A DNA stretch of 64,000 bases. Origin: Chrysomallon squamiferum (taxonomy: Eukaryota > Animalia > Mollusca). The number at the start of each line of letters is the position of its first letter. The stretch's first letter is position 1. The stretch is from the NCBI GenBank assembly GCA_012295275.1, contig CM022665.1, positions 35,030,001 to 35,094,000 on the forward strand, in the 5' to 3' direction. Positions 40,795-53,753 of this stretch are shown in pieces. The position numbers and the translations under genes are program-made. Below the pieces are notes generated by a model. It worked only from the letters and a program-made list of their open reading frames with translations. It did not search any database and was not told the origin of the DNA.

Positions 40795-41690
40795 CTGAAA
40801 TTAACATTAAAAAGTTAATGTTTATTAGTCGCAGGTCCCTGGTGTTAAAATATGCAAATATGTTAACATGTTAATTCAAGATATTTTTCATTATTAATTT
40901 TCTTCAATTTATAAACAAAGCTATCAATCTGCAATGGCAACAGTAAACATTTTTTACTTTATGTATGTATATCATACAAAAAGAATTCAAATTTTTAAAT
41001 AATTTTCAGTAAACTATGTATGAATGACTTAGGCACTATTTTAAATGGAGTTTTCATGCATGTGCTTTTTAAAATCTCTATTTTAATGCAATAAATAAAA
41101 TAAAATTAACTAATTTCATGAATATATTTGGAAGCTTAACATTTAGTTATTACAATAGGTATACCAGTTTCATGTTCATTTGTTTGAATCAAAGCATAAT
41201 TTTATTATGTGGTGCAGATGGTTATGTAATTAAATTTAAGAAAAAAATGGTAGTTTATATTTTGTCTGAAACAGTGTGATTAGCTTTTTGATTTTCCCTC
41301 TCTCTAAGTATATAACAGTTTTAATTACCAACAAGTGGTGAACTGGGGGCATGTGTTGATGGGTGGTGTTGCCTGCACATCCCTCCTAACTCCAGAGACA
41401 TCTGCTTTCCCTTCTGTATAAATAAAATGTTTAAATATAATAAAATGAACATATCATATAAAAATTAATAATAAAGATTTGTTACATAGATAAATCAAAA
41501 AGGAAACAATATAAAACACCTACTTAAAAACATTATTTATGAATATATAACTCTTCAAGTGTGAATAATGTTTTAACATAAAAAGTATAATTATGTCCTT
41601 CCTCTAAAATGCTAACAGTCATTAAACATATACAGAAAAATTATCTTAAAGATCTACTAACATAAATTTAATTTAATCTGAATGAAAAAC

Positions 41691-42520
41691 AGAGATTATA
41701 AACAACAGCAATATAAATATTCTGACAGCCACAGCAAATGCAGGACTCATTTATTAGACAAAAAAAAAAAAATGCAAGGTCAGTTAAAAAAACTAAAAAA
41801 AAATTAAAATTAAATTGACAAACAGATTTAGCTATACAGTATTGATTAACAGTAACAATATAAACCTATATATTTAATCAACTTTGGAATAAAGATTTAA
41901 AAAGACACCATAAATTTAGCATTTAACAAAAGGGTAACAATAAAATGTATTGTAACATAATAATAATAAATTAACAAAACATTTATAACAATACTATAAA
42001 TAATGGTTATATTTTTAAAACACATATAACAATATCTTAATACGATAACAAAGAAATAATATTAAATATAGTTTAAAATATTCACTGAAGATAACAAAAC
42101 ACACAATATTTTATGTGTACAGTGATTATAAACAACAGCAATATAAATATTCTAACAGCCACAGCAAATGCAGCACTCATTTATTAGACCAAAAAAACAC
42201 CTAAAAAAACCTAAAAAAAACAACAACAACAAAAAACACAAGGTCTGTTAAAAATAAAAAAAATTAAAAATTAAATTAAATTGACAAATAGATTTAGATA
42301 TACAGTATTGATTAACAGTAACAATATAAACCTATATATTTAATCAACTTCAGATTAAAGATTTAAAAAGACACCATAAATTTAGCATTTAACAAAAGGG
42401 TAACAATAAAATGTACCATAACATAATAATAATAAAATAAGAAAACATTTATAATAAAATAATAGGGTAAATAATGGTTATATTCTTTAAAATGCATATA
42501 AAAATATCTTAATAAGGAAA
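41691..42520. repeat. Tandem duplication with a period of about 430 bp
   Basis: GATTATAAACAACAGCAATATAAATATTCT.ACAGCCACAGCAAATGCAG.ACTCATTTATTAGAC and the ~330 bp after it recur at ~41694 and ~42124. Confidence 0.85.
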
Positions 42521-42674
42521 TAATACTGACAAACTATTACTGAATATATCTGATAAATGTCAGCCAATCTATCAAAATATTTAAAATAATAATAATAATA
42601 ATAATTGTCATCTGTACATTTTCTGACCAATGTCAGTGACACTGGAAAGGGAGCATGCTTGACAGTCTTATCTT

Positions 42675-42930
42675 GACAGTGTGACTGTGACAGTAAAGTC
42701 CTGAACTGTGGGTGTCATAGTCACCCTTTCTGACCTTCACCTGACAGTGTGACTGTGACATTAAAGTGCTGGAGTGTCTGACATAGTCTCCCTTTCTGAC
42801 CTTCACCTGAGAGTGTGACTGTGACAGGAAAGTGCTGGAGTGTCTGTCATAGTCACCCTTTCTGACTTTTGCCTGACAGTGTGACTCTGACATTAAATTA
42901 CTGAAGTATGTTTGTCATAGTCACACTTTC
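42675..42930 (-). repeat. 66-bp minisatellite, about 4 copies plus more decayed copies to ~43085
   Basis: Unit CTGACAGTGTGACTGTGACATTAAAGTGCTGGAGTGTCTGACATAGTCTCCCTTTCTGACCTTCAC starts at 42741 and 42807. On the - strand it encodes a 22-aa repeat SQSHCQVKVRKGDYDRHSSTFL. Confidence 0.88.
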
Positions 42931-43406
42931 TATCCAATGCAAAATACTGCAACTGTGATAGTAAAAAGATGGAATGGGTCTGTCATAGACCTTCACCAGA
43001 CAGTAAAGAGTTGGACTATTGATGCCAAATACTGAGACTGTGACAGTGAAGGGAAGGGAACATGCCTCTTATGGTCACACTTTCTTATCAATGCTAATGC
43101 CACTGTCAGTACTGTTTAACATAAGAAAAAGATGACATTCTTGTTAAGTTGGCAGGCCACAAAGGAATAGAGAGCCATGAGTACATACAACAACAGATGT
43201 CGTTAATGGCATTAGTTTAAATAGTTCAGTTTGGCCTGATTTATTCATTAGCAGAATTACAAGAGTTTTGCCAGGAAAGCAAGAATATTAAGGCCGATCA
43301 GCAACTGATCATGTCAAAAGATTTAAGTATATTTAGCAAACATTTTAAAAAAAGTAAAAAACAAATTTAAATCAATAACTGAAAAATAAATAAATAAATA
43401 AAAATA

Positions 43407-43443
<37 letters not shown>

Positions 43444-44697
43444 AAATGCCTAGACAAGGTTTCTGTTACATACACTAATCAAATACATCTCAGAATGAAA
43501 ACGCACATGTATTTTTTGGAATTCCTATTGAAACAAAATAAAAAGTATGATTATTAGCAAAGTTGAAAATTTAATTAATTGTAATTAATGGCAAAGTATA
43601 CTTACCTACAGTTATGAATGTTTTCATATTTTTCAACGTATTTTTCCAAAACAGTTTTAACATATTTTTGGTTAAAACTGACTACCTATTAAAACTGTCT
43701 TATCAGTTCAACTATCACTTTGAAAATGAGCAATGACACAAGATAACAAACAACTCACAGGCCAAGCCAATGGCCAGGTCTCTATGGAGATTTAATTTAG
43801 CTAATTACATTTCAAGCTGTATCAAACAGTGGCCTATTGTGTTAACCTTTTCTACCATCCAATCGAAAGTTCAGAACAGTGACATCAGTTCAGCTGTACC
43901 CTTGATTATTATAAAAAGTTAAGCCGAAATGGAAAAAAAAAACAATTAAAAGTTATTTGTTTGTTTATTTTTGTTATTCTTATTTATTTATTGTGTTTGT
44001 TGGCGTAGGAGAGCCCGCGTGGTATATTTTTTTATTATTATTATTTTTTTTTTTTTTTTTTTTTTTTTTGTTCCTCGTGTCAATTGATTGTTCAACATCG
44101 AACATGGGTCAAAATAAATTCCCAATTATTACTATAGTTGAAAAACACATTTATCGCTTTGATTACCAAATGCTATAAAATAATAATAATAATAAATAAA
44201 AATAAAAAATAAATAAAATTATGTATTTACCCATTTAATTTCATTCAATCTGAGCTGTCAAGACACACGCTATTCTTTCCCGTAATTTCTGCCATTTTTT
44301 TTTATAAATATGCGCCTGTCTGATACTCCTCTATTATTATTATCATTAAAGTAATTCATTGCAGGCGCAGTGAAAACGGTCACCAGTTTGAAGTACTAAC
44401 TTTCGCTACAATATATATATTTTTATTTTTAATTTTGAAAAAAATGTTTAGCTTCGGAAACAAATAAATAAATAAATAAAAAATAAATAAATAAATAAAT
44501 AAATAAATAAAAAAAAAAAAAAAAAAGTAACATTTTTTTTTTTTTAAATGTGAATTGCCGTTCTTGGTAATATTTTACTAAAAACTCATGTTTTGCATTA
44601 CAGTAAATAAATATAATATAAATAATAAAACATTTATTGATCATCAGGCATATTAAAAATACAATAAAACTTTTTTGTACCATTCTTCATTTTAGTT

Positions 44698-44743
<46 letters not shown>

Positions 44744-44882
44744 CAATTATTATTATTATTAAATGGGGCTTTTAATAATAATGATTTAATCCATATTTAG
44801 TGCGCACTCAGAAATGACGAAACTGATGAAATCTTATTATTCAAAGAACTGTTAATTTCTAAAAATCTGCTAATCGGTTATC

Positions 44883-44914
<32 letters not shown>

Positions 44915-44923
44915 GTACATAAT

Positions 44924-45130
44924 AAATGTAAATAAGTTAACAACGTTCATGTTCTTATTCTTAGCTGCAGGTGTTTATAGCATCTTTTAAATCAATAAAA
45001 AGAATTTGACCAAATAAAAAATAATAATAATAAAAAAATAAAATAAAATGTAAATAAGTTAACTACATTCATGTTCTTATTCTTTTTAGTTACAGGTGTT
45101 TACAGCATCTTTTAAATCAATAAAAAGACC
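44924..45130. repeat. Short direct duplication (~85-bp unit, copies ~120 bp apart)
   Basis: AAATGTAAATAAGTTAAC...TTCATGTTCTTATTCTT...CAGGTGTTTA.AGCATCTTTTAAATCAATAAAAAGA occurs twice. Confidence 0.8.
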
Positions 45131-46591
45131 AAAGGCAAAAACAAAAAAACAAAAAGTTTGGAATTGTTGGACCAGAAGGAAGCAGCCAAAAAGAACAAGG
45201 ACACATCAACAACAGCCGAGAAGACAACAAACAAACAGGAGACCTTCAACAAGGAGCGGATAACGTCTACGAAACATCGGAACCAGTTCGTTACGATCCG
45301 ATATGCTGGACACCCCCTTCTGTCAGAAAGCGTGCCCGTCGTAAACGTGCTTCACAACAGCTTGCTCTGATTAGCACGTTAATTTTTTTCACTTCACTTC
45401 ACTTAACACATTATAAAAATTATATTAACTAGGAAAAATCCTTATGCGACACATTTTAAAAATTATTTGTTATTTTAACACGAAGAGAGACTAAAATAAT
45501 TCTAATAATGAATATTGTAATAATGACAAAACGGAAAAGCCGAACCAGCAAACTAACATAAGATGAAAATGTAGTAGTAATACTAATAATAATACTAATA
45601 ATACAACACTAGTGTTTCTCAAAGCTGAAATCCATAAAACTGTGAATACTCTTCTAAATCTTCAGTACTGACCTGCCTTGCACTCTATGGGAGAGAGTAA
45701 GATCTGACAAAGTCTGTCTTTGACCAAGTCTTTAAAAAATACAAAATCTGACGTAGACTTGACAATTTTCACCTGTAAATTGAACAGAATTCATTATTTC
45801 CAGCCTATGAAAAATGTGAGTTAAATACTAATTGATAAGTTATGTCATTTATTAATTGTTTGAGATAAGTCACTTACGATATCAGGATTCCGAACACTTC
45901 AGAACCAAAATGATCTTACATAGTGCCTGTCCATTAGTATTCTACTCGAAGTTGTTACTGTTAGTTGATTTTGCTTTTATTATTTCTTAAAGATTTATTA
46001 TTAAATTGCTTTCAAACAATATCCTAAATATGGTGTATTGAATATGTGCAAATATACCAAAAATATGAAATAAAACATATCTGTATGTAAATTTATTGTT
46101 TTTAAGAGACAAATAGAAAAGAAATAAATTAAATTAAATAAAAAAAAAAAAAATTAAATGAAATAGGCATTTTACAATAATTCAGTAAGTAATAAAAAAC
46201 AATAATAATAATAAAGGAAGCTGGATATTTAAAAGTCAAAGAAAACGCAGGGAATATTAATAAGCTGGTTCTATTTCCCACAAAACTTTATACAGAGCTG
46301 AAAGGGTCAGTTCCAGATTAAATAAATGAAAAGGTCAGATCCAGATTAATGTGATATTTGATTAACCGCAGAACAGATTACACTAAAAAGCTCTACATGA
46401 TGCTGAAAACTGAGATTTTGCTTCGTGAGAATCCATTCATTTTGTTGAAAAGTTGATAATAAATGATGTTAAGGTATAACATTTATGTTGTCAACATGAG
46501 CGCAGTTTTCACAGGTAATTTGAAACTGAACGACGAAAAGCCGATAATATTCCTTTAGCTGTGTCTAAGATTATACTGACAATTATATATA

Positions 46592-46818
46592 CAGGGTGGC
46601 CCAAAAGTAGGTTTACAGCTATTAAACTATCGTTTACATGCTTGAAGTTACAATTAACATAAAATGTTCCTCGGATCCAACTTGCATTCACACTTTTTCC
46701 TTGCTGCTTTTTGAGCACCTGAGAGATTAAACAGTTTCTGTTTAATTCTTGAAACATATTTATATTTTAAAATAAATTGCCTACGTAATAACTGTTAGCC
46801 TATTTTTGGGCCACCCTG
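46592..46818. mobile_element. Tc1/mariner MITE (227 bp)
   Basis: TA|CAGGGTGGCCCAAAAGTAGG ... CCTATTTTTGGGCCACCCTG|TA: near-perfect TIRs and TA TSD. Confidence 0.9.
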
Positions 46819-47743
46819 TATATTATCAATATTTTTGATGATGCAAAACAGAGGTAAAATATCAAAGTAAACAGTGCTACTTTTACTAAGATAGAACGTA
46901 ATTTATTCGTTTAAGCTGCACAGAAGTCGAGCAGTCTAAAATCATCTTCAAAAAATTACGCTCACCCAAATTAAATATGATATTATACACAGAAAATAAA
47001 AGATTAACCGGCATAATAGTGGTTACTATATTTAAAAATTACATATATTATAAAGTCCGGTCTCTATCTCTCAACAACAACAAAAATAAATAAATAAATA
47101 AAGCAAATATATATATGTTACTTATTACTGTGATAATTACAAGACAGAGTGGCTGTGAGATTAATATTTTCGTATTTAGTCAATTTAAAAGAAAAGGTGA
47201 TAATACAGAAAATGGTGAGATTAATATTTTATTATCTCTCAAAGTCTAATTTTACTGATAATTAATCCTTTAATTATTAATGTATTCTGTAGTAAATATA
47301 ATATATTGTCAATATCTCACTGATTAAAACTGCATAACGCCGTATGCATATATAATAATAATAATGCTAAACAATTAAAAACAAACAAAAAAACAAAACA
47401 AAAAAAAAACATTAAGTTTATCCAGCAGCGCAGTTTAAAAGGCAAAATGCTGAATCAGCAAAATAATAATCTTCACCTTTTCCTCTATTTTTTATTTTTT
47501 AAATTGATTCAACATTGTCAGCGCCTGGGAAACTTGTTTTACATGGTAGACTGTAAAACTAATGACGTAATGGCGACCTCGCGTGACACTTTGCGTCTGA
47601 TACAAATACGCTTTACTCCACGTTTACTATTGGATGATAAAAGACAATTTTAAATAAGCAATATTCAACTTGTTGATAATATTATATAAAACCAAAGCAG
47701 ATATCACACGAAGAAACCTTTTTTTATTATTATTATTATTATT

Positions 47744-47784
<41 letters not shown>

Positions 47785-48507
47785 CATTTTAATTATTTTG
47801 ATTACAGTTGTCATCATAAATGAAGAAAGAATTATCTATAAATAATTATTTATTTATTTATTTATTTTTGTGAAATTATCTGAATCTGAAACACAATTTT
47901 ACAATCAACATTGCAAAAGTATTTAAAAATAATTTTAAAATGAACATACAACACTGAAACAATAAGTTTGATGGATACACAGAAAGCATAAAAACTATTA
48001 GGAATATTTTGTATGTCTTTCCTGAGGGCATGGTATGTAAGAGAATAGATGGATAGACAGATGTCAATGTGAAAGGATGAGTTGGTGCATACATGTTACC
48101 TGTGAGAAAGATTTAATGTGTTTGTTGTCAGAGAGAACTGCTGCATGTGAAAGACAGTGTCCTTGTTTATGTATAAATAAATATAAGTTCCAAGTGTTTT
48201 GATTGTTGTTTTGGGTTGTTTTTTTTTTTTTTTAAATGAACAGAAAAATGAGATAAAAATAGAGATAAAAATAGACTTATTAATTGGATTATGTTAATGA
48301 TTTATTATATATTATTGTATTGATTTTAAATTGTTGTTATTAACATTAAAAGACATTTGAAAATAGCTGTTTTTTAATCATGTTAAAAAATAATTTGAGC
48401 ATTATTAAAAACAATATCTTTTTTTTAAACAGATCTGCAGTAATTTTTATTTTAAAGACAATGAAAATGAAATTATGTATGTCAATGTATATGCATGCAT
48501 ATATATA

Positions 48508-50277
48508 CCGTATATACTTGTGTACAAGGCGACCTTATGTATAAGTCGATGTGTATTTTAAGACCAAAAATTGCGTCATTTTAGGTATTACTTGTGTATA
48601 AGTCGACTGTAGATTCCAGGCACCGTCACTATTTTTAGACCAGTGTAACAGTGCCATGAAGGCCTACATTGTACGCCTACTGTAACATAACTTGCACGAG
48701 CTGTAATTTGCACGTGCAATTCAAAGTAAGGTAATTTCGGAACCTCAGGAATAATTTTTTCTATCGAAACTCTGCTACAAGACACGCCCCCGATCCTATT
48801 CCTAGCGCGCTAATTGGCCGAGGCTTCGCGCACTTGGCAACCGACTAGAATAACAAATATGGCGAGAAGTTGAACTGATTTTTGTTGCAGAACGTTTATA
48901 GAAATTTAGTTTGTTTTCGATTTGTCGGTAGTGGATATTAATGACGATTGCAATATTATTTCACCAAATTCTTTACAATTACACAAGTGAGTTTTGTTTA
49001 TGAAATTAGGACCGATATTTAGTGCAATTTGGCAGAGAAGTCTGCATTCCTAGATCATTGCAAGACGCCGTAAGGCATAACGCCGTACTGACGGTTTTCT
49101 CGCTTTAAAATGTATTTTTATGTCATTAAACGGAAGAATATCATGTTTTACATTCATATTTGGTTTTGTTATTTAATTTTTCTAAATTTGTTATACGATA
49201 AAATTTTATTTTTGAAAAGCTGAAAGACCGCGATTATTTTAGATGCATCCCGTAGCAAAAAATAGTCAAAATGGCGACTCTTCAGCAACAGCTACAAAAG
49301 CATTACCTATGTATAAGTCGACCCCCAAAATACAGTATACCCTCACCTATTCGCGGTTCCCCATTCGCGGCCCCGCATATTCGCGGGTTAGGCTCTTAAC
49401 CCTATCGCATCGTATGCTGGTATACCACGCTAGCGTCATAACGTCATAAAAACAAATGCTCGGTAAACCGGGTTTTTGTAGGTCATAGAGACTTAAGTGC
49501 CTGAAGACTAGGAATAATTACCTAAAGTGCTGTAAAGCAGCAGCTAAGCTGTGCCATACTGTACATTAGTGTTATCATCATCATCGTATGGCACTGCAAA
49601 TTTCATCATCATTTTATTATCATTCATTATTGGTGACAGCACAAACAATATCAAATTTTTTCAATTATTATTGCAATACAGTACGTATTTTTTTATAAAT
49701 GCATACACTGTATGTACAGTGCATATTTTTTGTGACCGTGTATTAATAATGTTTTTAATTGCATATTATTACTGAATTGTATTATTATTACCTGAACTGT
49801 GCGTACTGTATTTATCTGTCTGTTTGCCTTTAAATTTGTTCCACTTTCTGTCAATTCTAATACATATGTTGTACGCATAGAAAATGACTTTACGGTACAG
49901 TAATACAGTATGGGTAACTATGCTATGCGGTGTTACTGTCCTCCTGCACTTACGTTTCTTTCTGATTAAAATATTGTTTCAGTACAACATTAAAATGTGT
50001 TTACATTATCATTACTACATTAGTGAAATACATAACTGCATGCAATATTACTACATTATTACTGTATTAATGAGTAAGAGTGTCTTTAGAAAGTGTTTGG
50101 GAAGCATTTAGTACCGTATATAATCTCATAATAGACGTTTTAAAACTGCATCCAATATTCGCGGTTTTTCGCTATTCGCGGGGGGGTAAAGAACGTAACC
50201 CCCGCGAATAGCGAGGGAATACTGTATTACCTTAATATAGTCTCCCAAAAATTCGACTTATACACAAGTATATACGG
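48508..50277. mobile_element. Tc2/pogo-like non-autonomous element (outer member of a nested pair)
   Basis: TA|CCGTATATACTTGTGTA ... TACACAAGTATATACGG|TA; subterminal TGTATAAGTCGA motifs at ~48538, ~48595 and ~49310, inverted at ~50254. Confidence 0.88.
49333..50224. mobile_element. Tigger/pogo-like MITE nested in the 48508-50277 element
   Basis: TA|CAGTATACCCTCACCTATTCGCGG ... CCGCGAATAGCGAGGGAATACTG|TA, with reiterated ATTCGCGG subterminal motifs at both ends. Confidence 0.88.
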
Positions 50278-52356
50278 TAATAAAAATAAATTAAATTTAA
50301 TCTGCTTGATTATGGATTCATTATGACAGCCTATGACATTATAAAACAAAACTGAAATAGGTTCATAATCCAAAATCTTAAAGGTATATGTCCCTATAAT
50401 TCATTATTGGGATGCATTGTTAGAAAATTATGCTTCCTGTTTAACAACATCATGCAGAGTGATCTTGACTGCTCAAGATTTATAGTTTATATGTTGTATA
50501 AAAATTCATTGTTTTTACTCAAGGAACAAATTGAAAAAAAAAAAAAATAATAATAATCCATAAGCAAAATAGGAATTTTACAATAATTAATTAAGTAATA
50601 ATAATAAATCAAATAATGGAAACTGGCTCTTGGAAACTGTTAATTTTAATAAATTGGTACTATTGGAATATTTTATAGCATTAGCCAAATTCATCTAAAA
50701 ATAGTAAATCGTATATGCTTATATGCTTTAATGGTCTAAGGGAAATATCTCTATTTAACAGGTTTGTAAATATACAAACAAGACAGACAGACAGACAGTC
50801 AGAGAGAGAGAGAGAGAGATGTTCAGAATGCCATTCAGCATGATAAGTGTTCATTCTAGTGCTCTAAATGTTTGTTTTCATAAACTCAGACAAGATGTAT
50901 ATATATAAATAATGATTATGTCAGATTACCTGGGTTTGATTTTGCAGATGTCAGGATTTAAAACAGTTAAGAACAAATAATGTTTTTGTATTAAAAATAT
51001 TTGTACTGCCACACAATTATGTAACATAACCTTGATATTTTTTATTGTTGGTCAAAAACTCCAAACACTGCTAAAAATATTTAAAGTACCGAATTTGCAT
51101 AATCTTACAATAAATCTTTTAGAATAAACAATGAAAATTTGAATCTGAAAGCTGGAGAAATATTTAGGTACTATAATTCCTGCTACTGTTGCTTAAGTAA
51201 CTTGATGATAACTTGTGTAGAGCATTTCCTAGTGTTGTTTTAATGAGGACCAGTTACACTGATAAAAAACAGGAGAAACAAACCACCTTTAATTTTCACT
51301 GAGCTTGGAAATACCAATTTGTACTTTTGAAAGAGATTATTATTATTTTTTTTTTATTTAGTTTTTTTTTTTTTTGATTGATTGTTTTATTTATTATTTT
51401 CATAGCGTTCCTTTTTTTGTTTTGTTTTGTTGTTGTTTTCCAGATTTTTAAATGAATTAAACAGAAAATAAAGATTATAGGAAATTGGCAGACATTTCCA
51501 TTTGCACATTTTTGAAACAATTTTTTGAATTTTTCCCAAATGTGAAAGGCAAATTATAATATGTACATTTTTTTTCTCTTATTTTTTTTTTTTTTTATAT
51601 CATTTGTAAATTATTATTTTCTATTTTTAAAGATTTCTTATTATAATAATGCTATTATTCTTTCTAAAATGGGAAAGGCAAATTATAAAAACTGGCAGAA
51701 ATGTCTAAACAAAAATACCTGAATATTTAAGTTTTGTTATCTAGACAGGTTTTTGATTAATTTCAACTTGAAGATCATCATATTGTTTCTAATTAAAAAT
51801 AACAAAGTCGTGGTTAATGCAAATAAAATTTTAATTTAGTTAACAGTTTACATTAGAAAAATATGATTATTATTTTTTTACACAATGATTACCCCCAACA
51901 ATTACTGCTAATTTAATTTTCAGATGCTAAATAAATGTACAAATATCATTACGGACAATTCTAAAATAAATTAAATAATAGATAGTAAATCGAACTTCAA
52001 AATAGTGCACAGAACTTAAGATAATTTACAGACAATATGCTGACTTACATTAGAAAAAAAGCTAACATACAAGAAAAGAAAATTCAGTTACCTAAACGCC
52101 AACACAATATGAAAAGGTTTAGCTCTTGTTATGAAAACAGATTACGAACCGAAAACACAATAAACCCACATACATACTATCTCACACGAACACGCACAAA
52201 CCAGACTGCATATGACTTAAAAACTAATAGGTTGAGGCCAATGACATTAATTACCAGGAACTTTTTTCTTTCTCTGCACGTAGCTGATATAAATAAAATA
52301 GTCACATTTCTAACAGTTTAGTCATATATGCGAAAAACTTTCTCAGTGACAACGTA

Positions 52357-53335
52357 CCTTCCCAAATTTTTGGGGTCTTCGATACATTCGGGCAGTTTCC
52401 GATCCAATGTTTATGGCAGTGCAAAAGCTACAGTTCCCGCAAAACTAATGCGGAGCCAAAAACTAAGAGGAAGGATATCACTAAACCGTCATGTACAAAT
52501 AAAGCCTGAACCAAAAGAAGTATAGCATCACAATACTGAAACATCTTCGTAACAATATTTGTCAATTAATTTTCCAGCATGTTTCTGTACATCTATTAAC
52601 TGCATGAAACGTAGGGGAGACCAGTGTAGGTTAAACCACAGGGCAGGTTACAATTAACCGTGTAGAAACTGTGGGTTTTTTTGTTGTTTTTTTTTGTCCA
52701 CTTATTTATTTGGATTAACCAGACCTACAGCAGACACTATAGTGCCATTTGACAGCCTGTACTAGAGGTGTTCTTTTATGTGACATTGTAAACATTTATT
52801 TTTATTTTTTGGCACTCCGAATTTCATACATAACTAAAAGGTTATTTTTCTTTCAGAGGTAATCATTATGTTACGGAATTCTGAAAACACTTGGGAATAC
52901 GCTTACATATGAACTACCTAGCAATTGCTGGTCAAGAACGAACTGTTTAAAATAAAATGAAAGAACACAGTCTGGGGCAGATACTGACATTGGTTTCTAC
53001 TTTGTTACAGAGATAAATAAATGAGATTTATCCAGTACTTCTGCCGAAAGGTACTATAGCAGCATGAAACAACACAGTACTTTTTTTTTTTTTTACTTTC
53101 GCCATATTTACTTTAAGTATGCGTCTAATTACTGCTGTAATTGTCCATCTACTAGGTGAAATTGCAATGGATGTAATCAGTTTTTGTCGACCCTTCTTTT
53201 CAAAGATGACAGGAAAAACGGAGAATAGACATGCAGTTATCACTGACGCACAGAGCAGAATCTTTCTCCCCATATAGCTAAGAGTAAGCGAAGCTGCAGT
53301 GTAACCAGCGCCTTCAAGCAATCAATCCTGTAAGA
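52357..53335 (-). pseudogene. SLC22 (organic cation transporter, MFS) pseudogene fragment covering C-terminal TM helices
   Basis: 53321-~53150 reads LEGAGYTAASLTLSYMGRKILLCASVITACLFSVFPVIF..LITSIAI, which includes the MFS loop motif GRK. ~52500-52357 reads ILPL/VFGSALV/FAGTVAFALP*TLDRKLPECIED, matching the SLC22 LPET.GR.LPETIED signature, with frameshifts and a stop, and ends at AG|gtacgt. Confidence 0.65.
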
Positions 53336-53753
53336 ACTCGTTTGGAAGGACCAACTAATTCAATTCCTACGAACAAAATAAATAAAAATATATACATATA
53401 AAAATGACAATTTGTAATGGATTAAGCAAGGGAAAATAAACACATTTTAAGTATTTATTAAACACTGATCCATACAACCGAAAATAGGCATAAATCTGGA
53501 TTATCTCCGGTATCAGGCTTAGTAAGCTCCCTGAATTATTTATTATTATTATTAGTTAGTTAGTTAGTTTATTTTATTTTTACTCTCTATATGTATGCTT
53601 CTATAAAAACATTATGTATATGTTTTATTCTCTTTTTATTTTTTATTTGATTGGAATTTTATCTATTTATTTATTTTGTACATCTGGTGAAAATATATGT
53701 AATAAAAAAGCATTCATTCAGAAAATTATCATTAATTTATTTATTTATTTATT

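Noticed and set aside
42675-42930. Regularly spaced repeats superficially like a CRISPR array
   Set aside because: Whole units repeat with no unique spacers, there are no cas genes, and the context is eukaryotic.
52612-52670. AGGGGAGACCAGTGTAGGTT, resembling a transposon terminus
   Set aside because: No matching second end was found, so boundaries cannot be supported.
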